A DNA stretch of 60,432 bases from an uncultured Bdellovibrionales bacterium (GTDB lineage: Bacteria > Patescibacteriota > Minisyncoccia > Moranbacterales > UBA1568), in the NCBI GenBank assembly GCA_964444815.1, contig CAYUIR010000003.1, positions 1 to 60,432 on the forward strand. Direction: 5' to 3'. Both the position numbers and the translations under genes were made by a program. Positions 17,731 through 27,087 of the stretch are shown here, in pieces. Within the stretch, counting starts at the first letter, position 1; each line of letters begins with the position of its first letter. The notes beneath the pieces were generated by a model. It was not told the origin of the DNA, did not search any database, and worked only from the letters and a program-made list of their open reading frames with translations.

Positions 17731-19197
17731 CTATGGGACGAGCGTTTCGATGCGCTCAGCGGGAGAAAGGGGAGCCTTCGCCTCTTTTTGAAATAAACTC
17801 GTTATCTCATCTGGCGAGATAGCACGGGTGGCCCACAAGAGCGCCCCGTACACCAAAACACCTACCACCCCCGAGAGAGAGAACGAATATGGTTCTAGAA
17901 GGAACAGGGCGAGCGCCATCACGGCCCCAGAGAAGAGAATACGCTTCACATTCTCAAAAGATGGACGATACTTGATGTATCGATGGACCAAAAACCCGGT
18001 AAGGAGCACTACAAAGGCCTCGGTGGCCAAAGATACGTAGGCCGAACCCATATAGGAATAGCGAGGAATCAAGAACAAGTTGAGGGCAATATTGAATACG
18101 GCGGCATAGATGAGTGTCTGCATGAGCTTCTTCTGAGCATTTCCCACCACCAAGAGCATATTGAAGTAGCTCCCGAAAAAGATAAAGCCGAGCGCAAAGA
18201 TGAGGACCCGTAGCACGGGAACCGACTCCTGAAAGTCATCCCCAGAAACAATGCGGATAATGTCTGGGGCCAAAAACCAGGTACCGACGACAATGGGAAC
18301 AATGATAATGCAGAATACCTTGAATGTCTTGTTGGCAATCTCCTCAAAACGCGGTCGATTGGTAAAGATAAAACGAGAGAGGAGGGGGAGAATCAGGCCC
18401 GAAAGCATAGCTGGGAAAAAGATGAGATTCTCCATGATCTTGTAGGCCACATTGTAGATACCGACATGAGCGTTCGACTGGAGTACAGAGAGGAGGATGG
18501 TGTCCATTTTGAAGTAGGCAAAGGTAATCATAGCCGTGACCCCCATCGGGAACGAGTGTCGGAGAAATTCCTTCCAGAAAGCAAAATCAAACTGGAGTCG
18601 AAACGTCGCGTACCGTCGACTCAATACGAATGCCGTAAGAGCGTTGAACGAGAGCGAGGCAATGAGAGTACAAGCAATCGGGAGAAATCCCCAGTCCTGC
18701 TTGATGACGAGGACAATCAGGCTCACCTGAAAGATTTTGCCCAAGAATTCGATCATGGCCACCTTGTCCATGGCAATATTCTTCTGAAAAATCCCGTTCA
18801 AAACGAACGACAGGGTTGAGAATACGGTAGCCAGTGCTGCGATAAAGATACCAATCTCAACATCGAGCGAGTAGCCAAAGAGGAGCACTACTAGTGGCGC
18901 CAGGAACAGCAAGGCGAGTGACGCCGTAAGTCGCAGAGCAATGACATTGCCAAGAATTTTCCCCTCGTTCGCTCCCTCACGTGATATCTCACGAGCAGTG
19001 ACTGAACCCAGCCCGAGATCAGCAATGGCTGAGAAAAAAGCAAAAAAAGCCAGGATGGTAGCGTACTTACCGAAGCCATCCTGTCCGAGATATTCCGTCA
19101 TGAGTCGGATAGAGAGGAGCGAGAGAGCTACCGTAGAAAACACCTTGAGGAAGGAGTTGAGTACCACGTTATAGGCAATTTTTCTGGCAATTACCAT
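17731..19197 (-). CDS. polysaccharide flippase (Wzx/MOP superfamily)
   Basis: 488 aa, about 12-14 TM helices. N-terminal IAYNVVLNSFLKVFSTV... is typical of oligosaccharide flippases. Adjacent to the GT2/Wzy genes. Confidence 0.7.
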   Translation of the reverse strand: MVIARKIAYNVVLNSFLKVFSTVALSLLSIRLMTEYLGQDGFGKYATILAFFAFFSAIADLGLGSVTAREISREGANEGKILGNVIALRLTASLALLFLAPLVVLLFGYSLDVEIGIFIAALATVFSTLSFVLNGIFQKNIAMDKVAMIEFLGKIFQVSLIVLVIKQDWGFLPIACTLIASLSFNALTAFVLSRRYATFRLQFDFAFWKEFLRHSFPMGVTAMITFAYFKMDTILLSVLQSNAHVGIYNVAYKIMENLIFFPAMLSGLILPLLSRFIFTNRPRFEEIANKTFKVFCIIIVPIVVGTWFLAPDIIRIVSGDDFQESVPVLRVLIFALGFIFFGSYFNMLLVVGNAQKKLMQTLIYAAVFNIALNLFLIPRYSYMGSAYVSLATEAFVVLLTGFLVHRYIKYRPSFENVKRILFSGAVMALALFLLEPYSFSLSGVVGVLVYGALLWATRAISPDEITSLFQKEAKAPLSPAERIETLVP

Positions 19198-19229
19198 AAA
19201 AAACCTCCATCAATTGATTGTGTGGGCCG

Positions 19230-19709
19230 CTAGGCGCTCACTATTGGCTTTGGGCGGACCATGACTTTTCGTTCTTCTCCACTCCCGACGCTCTCGGTGA
19301 TCACGCTGTCATTGGCTGAGAGATACCCATGGACAATCTTGCGCTCATAAGGGAGCATTGGGCGGAGCGCTACAGAAATATTGTTCTGGAGGGCTTCATC
19401 GAGGGCAAGTTTTGCCTCTTTCTCGAGAAGTTGCTTCTTCTCCGTAAAATACTGGTTGATATCTACGACGATATCCAGCCGTTCGCCAATCTGTTTACGA
19501 GCGATGATCCGGACGAGGTGCTGGAGGGCGGCCAAATTCATGCCGTACTGACCAATCAGAAAGTTTTGACCCTCCTCAATCGTCACGGCACAATAGTACC
19601 GCCCCTCTGCCTCGTTGGCATCAATCAAAATATCAGACGGTGCAAAACCCAATTTATTGAGCACTTCCTCAAGTATTCCTCGGAGGGCAACGCTTTTTTC
19701 AGTGGTCAT
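19230..19709 (-). CDS. jag: Jag/SpoIIIJ-associated RNA-binding protein (KH plus R3H domains)
   Basis: KH-like GQYGMNLAALQHLV and R3H-like YERKIVHGYL motifs. Conserved position downstream of yidC. Confidence 0.8.
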   Translation of the reverse strand: MTTEKSVALRGILEEVLNKLGFAPSDILIDANEAEGRYYCAVTIEEGQNFLIGQYGMNLAALQHLVRIIARKQIGERLDIVVDINQYFTEKKQLLEKEAKLALDEALQNNISVALRPMLPYERKIVHGYLSANDSVITESVGSGEERKVMVRPKPIVSA

Positions 19710-19721
19710 AGGAGAAATCTG

Positions 19722-20450
19722 TTACGACTGCTTAGCTTTGAAAATCACCATTTGCTGGAAAATCATGAAGAGGGTCGAGAACAGCCAGTAGAGGGCGAGG
19801 GCTGCCGGAAAAGTCACTCCGATAAAGAAAGTGATCCCGGGACCGAGATAGAGCATCTGCTTATTCATAATCTCTGCAAAGTCGGGCTCATCAGTAGGAG
19901 CCTTGGCCGGAGCATCCTTCTTTTGGCTCTGGAAAAGCATTTTAACCTGGAAGTATTGGGCAATAGCCGAGAGAAACGCGAGTACATAGTTCGGCTTGGT
20001 CAGATCGAGGAAGTGGAGGAAGATATGATTGACCATCCCAGGGTTTTCCACAAAGGAATAGAGGTCACTCTGCTTAATAGCGAAGCCAGCGTCTGAAATA
20101 CTCACAATCACCTGGTAGATAGCAATGAGTACAATGAGCTGGACAATAAGGGGGAGACACCCGCCGAGCGGATTGGTTTTGTGCTCCTTATAGAGCGCCA
20201 TCATGGCTTTGGTCTGCTCCTCTTTGTTGTCTTTATACTTCTTTTGGATCTCTTTGAGCTTGGGCTGGAGTTCCTGCATCTTCTTTTGCGACTCAATTTG
20301 CTTCTTAGAGAGGGGGATAAAGAGCGTCTTAATAAAGAGCGTGGTCAAAATAATCGCAATACCAAAATCATGCCCTGGTACGACATTATAGAAAAATACC
20401 AAGACATTGTAGACCGGCTGGTAAATGAGACTATGAAACAACTCTCCCAT
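19722..20450 (-). CDS. yidC: membrane protein insertase YidC (short, Gram-positive/CPR type)
   Basis: The sequence PLSKKQIESQKKMQELQPKLKEIQKKYKDN...MALYKEHKTNPLGGCLP is typical of YidC/Oxa1. rnpA-yidC-jag synteny. Confidence 0.9.
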   Translation of the reverse strand: MGELFHSLIYQPVYNVLVFFYNVVPGHDFGIAIILTTLFIKTLFIPLSKKQIESQKKMQELQPKLKEIQKKYKDNKEEQTKAMMALYKEHKTNPLGGCLPLIVQLIVLIAIYQVIVSISDAGFAIKQSDLYSFVENPGMVNHIFLHFLDLTKPNYVLAFLSAIAQYFQVKMLFQSQKKDAPAKAPTDEPDFAEIMNKQMLYLGPGITFFIGVTFPAALALYWLFSTLFMIFQQMVIFKAKQS

Positions 20451-20471
20451 AATGGATGCGGGTAAAAAAAC

Positions 20472-20813
20472 TTAAGCGCCTATGTATTCTACAACGTTTT
20501 GAACCACCCTGGCAAAGGGCCGAAAATCGCGAGAAAGCGGCTTTTTTGTGGTAAAAAAAACAATGTCGTACCCTTGAGAGCGAATCTCTTGAGAAAACTG
20601 CGTTTCGCAGGCTCCGGAAATGACCCGGCGCAGGCGGTTTCGAGTGGTAGCCTTCTCCAAATGCTTCTTACTAAGAGAAAAGCCCACGCGAATATGCTTC
20701 TGTGAACTCCTAGCGATCTTACAGCCAACAAAGTCAAAAAAAAGGGGCTTTCCCGTACGGAAGACCCTTTCAAAATCGTCTTTTGTTCTGAGACGCCAGC
20801 TCTTTGGGAACAT
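20472..20813 (-). CDS. rnpA: ribonuclease P protein component
   Basis: KSWRLRTKDDFERVFRTGK plus the RNRLRR motif. Located downstream of rpmH. Confidence 0.88.
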   Translation of the reverse strand: MFPKSWRLRTKDDFERVFRTGKPLFFDFVGCKIARSSQKHIRVGFSLSKKHLEKATTRNRLRRVISGACETQFSQEIRSQGYDIVFFTTKKPLSRDFRPFARVVQNVVEYIGA

Positions 20814-20857
20814 ACTCTATGTGAAAGGAGGTTCTACCTTGCCGACTGAAACCAGAT

Positions 20858-20998
20858 TTAGGCCGTGGTAAGCCGTTTTCGGCCCTGGCGACGCCGTCGC
20901 GTAATAACCGCCTGGCCGCCCTTGGTATTCATCCGCTTAAGGAAACCATGGCGTCGGGAGCGTTTTCGGCTTTTCGGCTGGTATGTTTTCTTTGACAT
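20858..20998 (-). CDS. rpmH: 50S ribosomal protein L34
   Basis: [46 protein letters not shown]. Start at the internal ATG 20998. Confidence 0.92.
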   Translation of the reverse strand: MSKKTYQPKSRKRSRRHGFLKRMNTKGGQAVITRRRRQGRKRLTTA

Positions 20999-21304
20999 AC
21001 TCAAGGAAAGATTAGTCTTAGTGGAAACGTTTGTCCAGTGTACCAGAAAAGCAAACAAAGTCAAGCGTAGCTCACTAGAGCCCATCCTCATCATCCCTCC
21101 TTACCCCTACGCCTCATATATTTTACTAAAATCACACCATTTTTGACTTATCCACCTGTTGTCCACTCTTTCCCTCTCGGACGGCCCTCGCCTCACTCCC
21201 AGCCCCATGTTATAATGGCTTTCACTCGAGTAAAGATAACATCTGGAGCCTGCGACCCAGGAGTTTTGGCTCATGTTTGAACACACTGTTGATAACTCCT
21301 CCCT
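20999..21304. promoter_or_regulatory. rpmH-dnaA divergent intergenic region with DnaA-box-like sites and the dnaA promoter
   Basis: TTATCCACC at 21148-21156 (+). TTATCAACA on the minus strand at 21287-21295. TATAAT at about 21211. Confidence 0.5.
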
Positions 21305-22714
21305 ATGACGAACGAAGAACTCTGGAAGGCTGTCTTGGGACAGATTGAACTCACCATTTCAAAGGCAAATTTTGTTACCTGGTTCAAGAATACCAGCATC
21401 AATGATACTACTGACGGAGTGGTAACCATCGGTGTCCCCAATGGTTTTGCCAAAGAGTGGCTTGAAAACAAGTATAATCTCTACATCTTGAAGGCCCTAA
21501 AGGAGCTCGACCCGAGCATACGGGAAATTCGTTGTACGCTCTCACCTGAAAAGATAAATCCTGCCCCTGGCTCTCTCAAAAACATTGATGCGATCAAGGC
21601 TCCTGGTGCTCATCCCGGTTTTGTGCGGAAAAAAATCATTGAACAGCCGTCTTTTGGCTCTACTCCTCATACTACCCCGGTTTTTCATGAAACAAACTTA
21701 AACAGTCGCTACACGTTTGAGAACTTCATTGTGGCTGAAAATAATGAGCTCGCCCGGGCTGCTTGTTATGCTGTTTCTCAGAACCTCGGCATGGCCTACA
21801 ACCCACTCTTTATCTATGGGGGAGTTGGCCTCGGCAAAACACACCTGCTTCAGTCTATTGGCAATGAAGTGATCCAAAATGCCCCTGATAAGCGCATTAA
21901 ATACATTACTTCTGAACGCTTTACCACTGAACTCGTCGATGCCATCAAGAATCAAAAAATTGACAAATTCAAGGAATACTACCAACAAATGGATCTCCTC
22001 ATCATTGACGATGTCCAGTTCCTCTCCGGTCGAGAAAAGACTCAGAATGAGTTTTTTCATATTTTTAATGCGCTTTACCAGATAAATAAGCAGATTGTTA
22101 TTTCGAGTGATCGCCCACCCAAAGCCATCCCTACGCTCGAAGATCGCCTCCGCTCACGTTTTGAGGGAGGGATGATTACCGATATCAGTCGGCCGACGCT
22201 CGAGACGCGTATCGCCATCCTTGAATCCAAGCTCGGCGAAAAGGGGGTGACGCTCGACCCAGCGTCCGTCAGGTTTATCGCTGAAAATGCTTCCCAAAAC
22301 ATCCGCGAGTTGGAGGGTGCCCTCAACCGAGTCGTAGCCTACTCAGAATTCCATAAAGTAGCCCCTACGCTTGAGAATACTCAGAAAATTCTGGCAGAAT
22401 TAATTGAAAACAACAAGAAAAATCTTCAGACTGAAGATATTTTTACCGCTATTTGTAATTTTTACACCGTCGCCCGGGAAGATCTCATTAAAAAAGGCCG
22501 TAAAAAGGAAGTTTCTCACCCTCGTCAGGTTATGATGTACCTCTTAAGGCAAGAACTCAGTATGCCTTTTTCTACTATCGGTGAGCTCTTGGGTGGGAGG
22601 GACCACACCACTGCCCTTCACGCCTTTGAAAAAATAGACACCAAAAAGGACTCCGACACACGACTCAAGGAGGAGCTCAACACCCTCAAAGAGACCCTCT
22701 ACTACGCCTCCTGA
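21305..22714 (+). CDS. dnaA: chromosomal replication initiator DnaA
   Basis: Walker A [37 protein letters not shown], and the C-terminal DNA-binding helix ([15 protein letters not shown]). Ends in TGA. Confidence 0.95.
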   Translation: [469 protein letters not shown]

Positions 22715-22981
22715 GCTGTATAACTCTGTATAAACCCCAAAAACACCTGTACAAACCCTGGATAACCAATCAGCCTCTCGTGCACAAAACAAACATTCAT
22801 CCCACTTTTCTTCAGTTCAAGAAAAAGTCCCGGACTTTTCCCCGACAAGAGCTGGACTCAAAAGCATAAGTAATCCCTTTTTTAAAGCCATCAATCAACT
22901 TATCCAGATATTCACACCCCTAATGATAATAAAGAAGTCTTAAATATATAAAAGAAGAAGATTACTTTTTAACCCACACCT
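22715..22981. other. candidate oriC (dnaA-dnaN intergenic region)
   Basis: Inverted DnaA-box-like 9-mers TTATCCAGG (minus, 22757-22765) and TTATCCAGA (plus, 22900-22908), plus a strongly AT-rich stretch at 22921-22975. Confidence 0.5.
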
Positions 22982-24127
22982 ATGCATATCACCTGTACTC
23001 AAGAAAATATCGCCCGTGCCCTCTCTTACCTAGAAAGAGTTGCGGGGAAGCAGTCAACCCTCCCTATTCTCAGTAATTTTCTCCTAGAAACAGAAAAGGG
23101 GAGACTTAAGATTTCAGCGACGAACCTCGAAATCGGTATTGTGGCTGTTATTGGGGCGAAAATAGAAAGTGAAGGTAGAATCGCGGTGCCGGCAAAGATA
23201 TTGAATAACTTTATTAACAATCTTCCCAGTGGAGATGTGATTGAGCTCAGCGTAAAGGATCAGCACCTCCTTGTGGTGAGTACAGCGTATCAGATTCGTA
23301 TCAAAGGCATGGATGCCAAGGATTATCCGATTATCCCTCAGTATAAAAAGGAGTATCAGTACAGTTTTCCTGCTCAGAAGCTCAAAAATGCCCTCTCACG
23401 GCTTTTGTTCTGTGTGAGCTTGAATGAGGCTCGACTTGAGCTCACCGGCGTGTGTCTGTCAATTTCTGAGGATAATCTCCGTTTGGCCGCGACTGATAGT
23501 TTTCGTTTGGCTGAAGAAGTAATCGCCTTCCAAGAAAAGCCCGATTTTTCGGAGGCCTTTGATCAGGAACACCCACTTATTATCCCCAATGGGGTGCTCC
23601 ATGAAGTACTTCGCGTTATTACGCCTGAGAGCGAGGTTATTCGCATGGCACTCGAGGAGAATCAGGTATTTTTTGAAGTAGATGGAGTAGAGATAACCTC
23701 TCGGGTCATCAATGGGAAATATCCGGATTATCAGCAGATTATTCCGAAGGAGTTTTCGTTGGAGGTTGTTTTTGAGCGATCCCTCCTCCTTCGTGCCATC
23801 AAAATTGCTGGTTCACTGTCTTCTTATACGAGTGGAGAAATAGCCCTTGTTTTTGATCCAGAACAAAAGACCTGTACATTTCTTTCGCGCTCCCAGGAAG
23901 TAGGGGAGAATCAGACGGTAGTACCCGTGGAGTATCAAAAAGGAAGCTCGGCCCTCACTCTCCTCTTTAATCCACGCTATGTTCTCGAAGGTATCAATGC
24001 TTTTTCGAGTGAAAAAGTGCTATTTTCGGCCAATACAGCGACTACGCCAGCCGCTCTCCGGATGGTGCTCGAAAATGACGGAATAGACAGGGAGTATCTC
24101 TATCTAATGATGCCGATTCGAAAATAG
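22982..24127 (+). CDS. dnaN: DNA polymerase III beta sliding clamp
   Basis: 381 aa, three-domain clamp pattern (LLETEKGRLKISATNLEIG..., ATDSFRLA, MPIR C-terminus). Follows dnaA. Confidence 0.92.
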   Translation: MHITCTQENIARALSYLERVAGKQSTLPILSNFLLETEKGRLKISATNLEIGIVAVIGAKIESEGRIAVPAKILNNFINNLPSGDVIELSVKDQHLLVVSTAYQIRIKGMDAKDYPIIPQYKKEYQYSFPAQKLKNALSRLLFCVSLNEARLELTGVCLSISEDNLRLAATDSFRLAEEVIAFQEKPDFSEAFDQEHPLIIPNGVLHEVLRVITPESEVIRMALEENQVFFEVDGVEITSRVINGKYPDYQQIIPKEFSLEVVFERSLLLRAIKIAGSLSSYTSGEIALVFDPEQKTCTFLSRSQEVGENQTVVPVEYQKGSSALTLLFNPRYVLEGINAFSSEKVLFSANTATTPAALRMVLENDGIDREYLYLMMPIRK

Positions 24128-24156
24128 GGGGTTTCTTCTTGTTTGGTATAAGTTGT

Positions 24157-24447
24157 ATGCGCAATATCAGGGACCTCCTGCCAAAAAGGCAGCATATCAA
24201 GGCGCCAGTACTCCTGGACGAAAAAACTATCTTTTACATCGCCAAAAAAGTACTCGTAGAGGAGTACGGCATTCGGGGTGGGGAAAATATTATTCCTTCA
24301 CTTTATCAAGACAAAAAGCTATTCCTTTCATCAAGGAGCTCACTTTGGGGAAATGAGGTGTGGCTGGAGAAAGAACGCCTGCGTGACAAGATGAATACCT
24401 GGCTTGGGACTGAGGGTATTCTTGAAATCAAAGTCGATCGGGGCTAA
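24157..24447 (+). CDS. DUF721/DciA-like small protein
   Basis: 96 aa downstream of dnaN. The pattern ...LYQDKKLFLSSRSSLWGNEVWLEKERLRDKMN... resembles the DUF721 family often found next to dnaN/recF. ATG at 24157. Confidence 0.45.
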   Translation: MRNIRDLLPKRQHIKAPVLLDEKTIFYIAKKVLVEEYGIRGGENIIPSLYQDKKLFLSSRSSLWGNEVWLEKERLRDKMNTWLGTEGILEIKVDRG

Positions 24448-24458
24448 AGAAAGATGGT

Positions 24459-26993
24459 CTAGTAGTTGACCTCTACGTTTTTGCTATCACTGGCTTCATT
24501 GCCATTTTCATCCTTGAGTTTCACTTCAACTTTGATGGTGGAGTGATTTTTGCTATCAGGGATAGAATAGTTGATTGAGTAGGGTTTGTCTCCAGTTGAG
24601 CCAACCTCACTCCCATCGACAGAGTAGATCACTTTATCGACTCCATATGGAGCGTCGGTGCTCACACTGAGTGAGAGCGATGTAGAGTCGGTACTGCCAG
24701 GAACGGAGAGACTCACTTTAGGCTTGTAGTCACTAAAGTCGCTTTCTTTACACTCGTCTTCGGGTGCATCATCTACAACAATGCCTTTTTGCTTTTCATA
24801 CCAGTTTTCTACCCCCTTTTCCCAGTTTTTGTACTGGGCATCACGGTCTGGCTTATCTGGTACTGGACCCCGGGGGTCATCACGACTGACATAGTGGAGG
24901 ATATCGTGGTCACTGACAAAATCCTTTTTGTCGGTATCTTTATCACGACAATACTTGTTGGCGAGACAGTACTCATTCTTTTTGCCAGGGATTTTGCATA
25001 CTTTGAGGTCCTCTTCCATCTCGAGCTTGCCAGCCAGCATTGGTTTGTTGGTTTTACCCTCACCATCACCGATTTCATCATCAGGATTGTACTTGGGAAA
25101 TTCCTCAATTGGATAGTTCACGAGTGCCTTGTCGAGAAAGGCCCGAAAGATAGGAGCAGCCACGTTTACTCCATCAGCCCCTTCTACCATGGCACTATTG
25201 TCGTTGTTTCCAGCCCAGACACCAACGGCCAGTGATGGGGTATACCCTACGGTCCAACCATCACGAAACTCGTTCGTGGTACCGGTTTTGGCTACCACCT
25301 GGCGATTATCAAAACGAAGGGGATTGCTCTCACCAAAGACCCAAGCTCGGTTTTCATTGTTAGAGAGCACCGAGTCGAGCATAGCCACATATTTTTCCTC
25401 GACCACTCGTTCGCCGGGAGTGCTCTTGAATTCTTCGAGGACCTCACCTTTGGCACTTTCAATGCGGAGGATGGCAGTTTTTTCGTGTTTGATGCCGCCA
25501 GTCGCGAGTGTCCCATAGGAGGCGACATGTTCGAGGAGTTTCACTTCGCCACCACCGAGTACGAGTGAGAGTCCGACTCTGGATGGGTCATTGAGACCGC
25601 TGATACCGAGAGATTTGGCGAGTTTAACCGCATCATTCACGCCGACCAAATAGAGGGTTTTGACGGCGGGGACGTTCAGCGAACCGCCGAGAGATTTGGC
25701 CATCGAAAGGGGGCCATGGAACTTACCATCGTAGTTGTTCGGCTGATAGCTCTTGCCTTCGGCCGTCTCAAACTGCGTCTCTACATCATAGAGCATAGTT
25801 TCTGGGAGATAGCCCTTGGTAAAGGCAGTGAGGTAGACATAGGGTTTGAATGAAGAGCCCGGCTGGCGGTCACGGATAGTCACGTTCACATTGCCATCGA
25901 TACTAGTATCAAAGTAGTCCTTGGAGCCCACCATCGAGAGGATTTGGCCATTCTTGGGGTCGATAGCGACGAGGGCCGCGTTTGAGGCCTTCCATTTTTT
26001 GTTCTTCTCAGCCTGTTCCCGCACCGCCTGCTCGGCTATCTGCTGCTTATCCCAATCAAGCGTGGTGATGACCTTGAGTCCACCCTGTTCTACAGCCTGG
26101 TCACCATATTTCTCTTGGAGATAGTCCTTGATATACATGACAAAGTGAGGGGCAGCGATGATGTCCTTTTGGGGGGCGATTTTATCAAGCGTTGGTGTTT
26201 CGATGGCAGCGTTTGATTGCTCCTCGGTAATATAGCCGAGCCGCGCCATCGTACGAAGAGTAAAATTCTTCCGTCCGATGAGAGCATCACGGTGTGACCC
26301 ATAAGGGGAATAGTAGGCGGTAGCCTGAGGGAGAGCCGCGATCAGGGCCGCTTCGTCAAGCGAGAGCTCGCGAGCTGGTTTGCTGAAAAAGGTTTGAGCG
26401 GCCGCTTCGATACCGTAGGCGTTGGAACCATACGGGATTTCATTCAAATACATGGCCAAAATCTCATCCTTGGAGAATTTGGTCTCCATTTCAAGCGAAA
26501 GGATAACCTCCTTTACTTTGCGAATCAGGGTCTTTTCATTGGTGAGGAGGGAGTTTTTGACAAATTGCTGGGTGATGGTCGATCCTCCCTGGGCCCGATC
26601 GAGCGTAACGATATCCTTCAAGATAGAACGGGCAATCGAGGTGAGTTTGATGCCGTGGTGGCTGTAAAAATCCTGGTCTTCGAGACTGATGGTGGCGTAC
26701 TTGACCACGTCCGGCATATCCGAAAAGGGGATAACGGTGCGCTTTTCTTCGCCGTGCACCTCATAGAGGAGGTGGGTACCAGTCCGGTCAAAAATCTTGG
26801 TGGATTCGACGATGATACGGTTACCGACATCTCCCGGGTTCGGGAGGTCTTTGGCGATATAGGCAAAGATTGAGCCGACTACGACAAACCCAAGGAGGGT
26901 GAGGGCCATCCCGATACGAAAGAGGATACGCCACACCTTGCTTTTTGGCTTTTCCAAGCCTGGAACCTGACGTCGCTTGCGGAAGAAAGTCAT
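24459..26993 (-). CDS. bifunctional class A penicillin-binding protein (PBP1A: glycosyltransferase plus transpeptidase) with long C-terminal extension
   Basis: GT51 motifs EDQDFYSHHGI and GGSTITQQ. Transpeptidase motifs SSFKP, SLN and KTGT. About 200 extra C-terminal residues (Cys-rich segment, then an Ig-like beta-rich tail). Confidence 0.9.
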   Translation of the reverse strand: MTFFRKRRQVPGLEKPKSKVWRILFRIGMALTLLGFVVVGSIFAYIAKDLPNPGDVGNRIIVESTKIFDRTGTHLLYEVHGEEKRTVIPFSDMPDVVKYATISLEDQDFYSHHGIKLTSIARSILKDIVTLDRAQGGSTITQQFVKNSLLTNEKTLIRKVKEVILSLEMETKFSKDEILAMYLNEIPYGSNAYGIEAAAQTFFSKPARELSLDEAALIAALPQATAYYSPYGSHRDALIGRKNFTLRTMARLGYITEEQSNAAIETPTLDKIAPQKDIIAAPHFVMYIKDYLQEKYGDQAVEQGGLKVITTLDWDKQQIAEQAVREQAEKNKKWKASNAALVAIDPKNGQILSMVGSKDYFDTSIDGNVNVTIRDRQPGSSFKPYVYLTAFTKGYLPETMLYDVETQFETAEGKSYQPNNYDGKFHGPLSMAKSLGGSLNVPAVKTLYLVGVNDAVKLAKSLGISGLNDPSRVGLSLVLGGGEVKLLEHVASYGTLATGGIKHEKTAILRIESAKGEVLEEFKSTPGERVVEEKYVAMLDSVLSNNENRAWVFGESNPLRFDNRQVVAKTGTTNEFRDGWTVGYTPSLAVGVWAGNNDNSAMVEGADGVNVAAPIFRAFLDKALVNYPIEEFPKYNPDDEIGDGEGKTNKPMLAGKLEMEEDLKVCKIPGKKNEYCLANKYCRDKDTDKKDFVSDHDILHYVSRDDPRGPVPDKPDRDAQYKNWEKGVENWYEKQKGIVVDDAPEDECKESDFSDYKPKVSLSVPGSTDSTSLSLSVSTDAPYGVDKVIYSVDGSEVGSTGDKPYSINYSIPDSKNHSTIKVEVKLKDENGNEASDSKNVEVNY

Positions 26994-27087
26994 AGGAAAA
27001 TATAAAGAGGTATCTCTATTGTATACCACAAAAAAGCGAAAAAGAGAAGCTTATAGCTCCAGAGATAATTTAACAAAAGGAGGTACT

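Noticed and set aside
19329-20096. 255-aa plus-strand ORF across jag/yidC
   Set aside because: It is antisense to two well-supported conserved genes and has no motifs.
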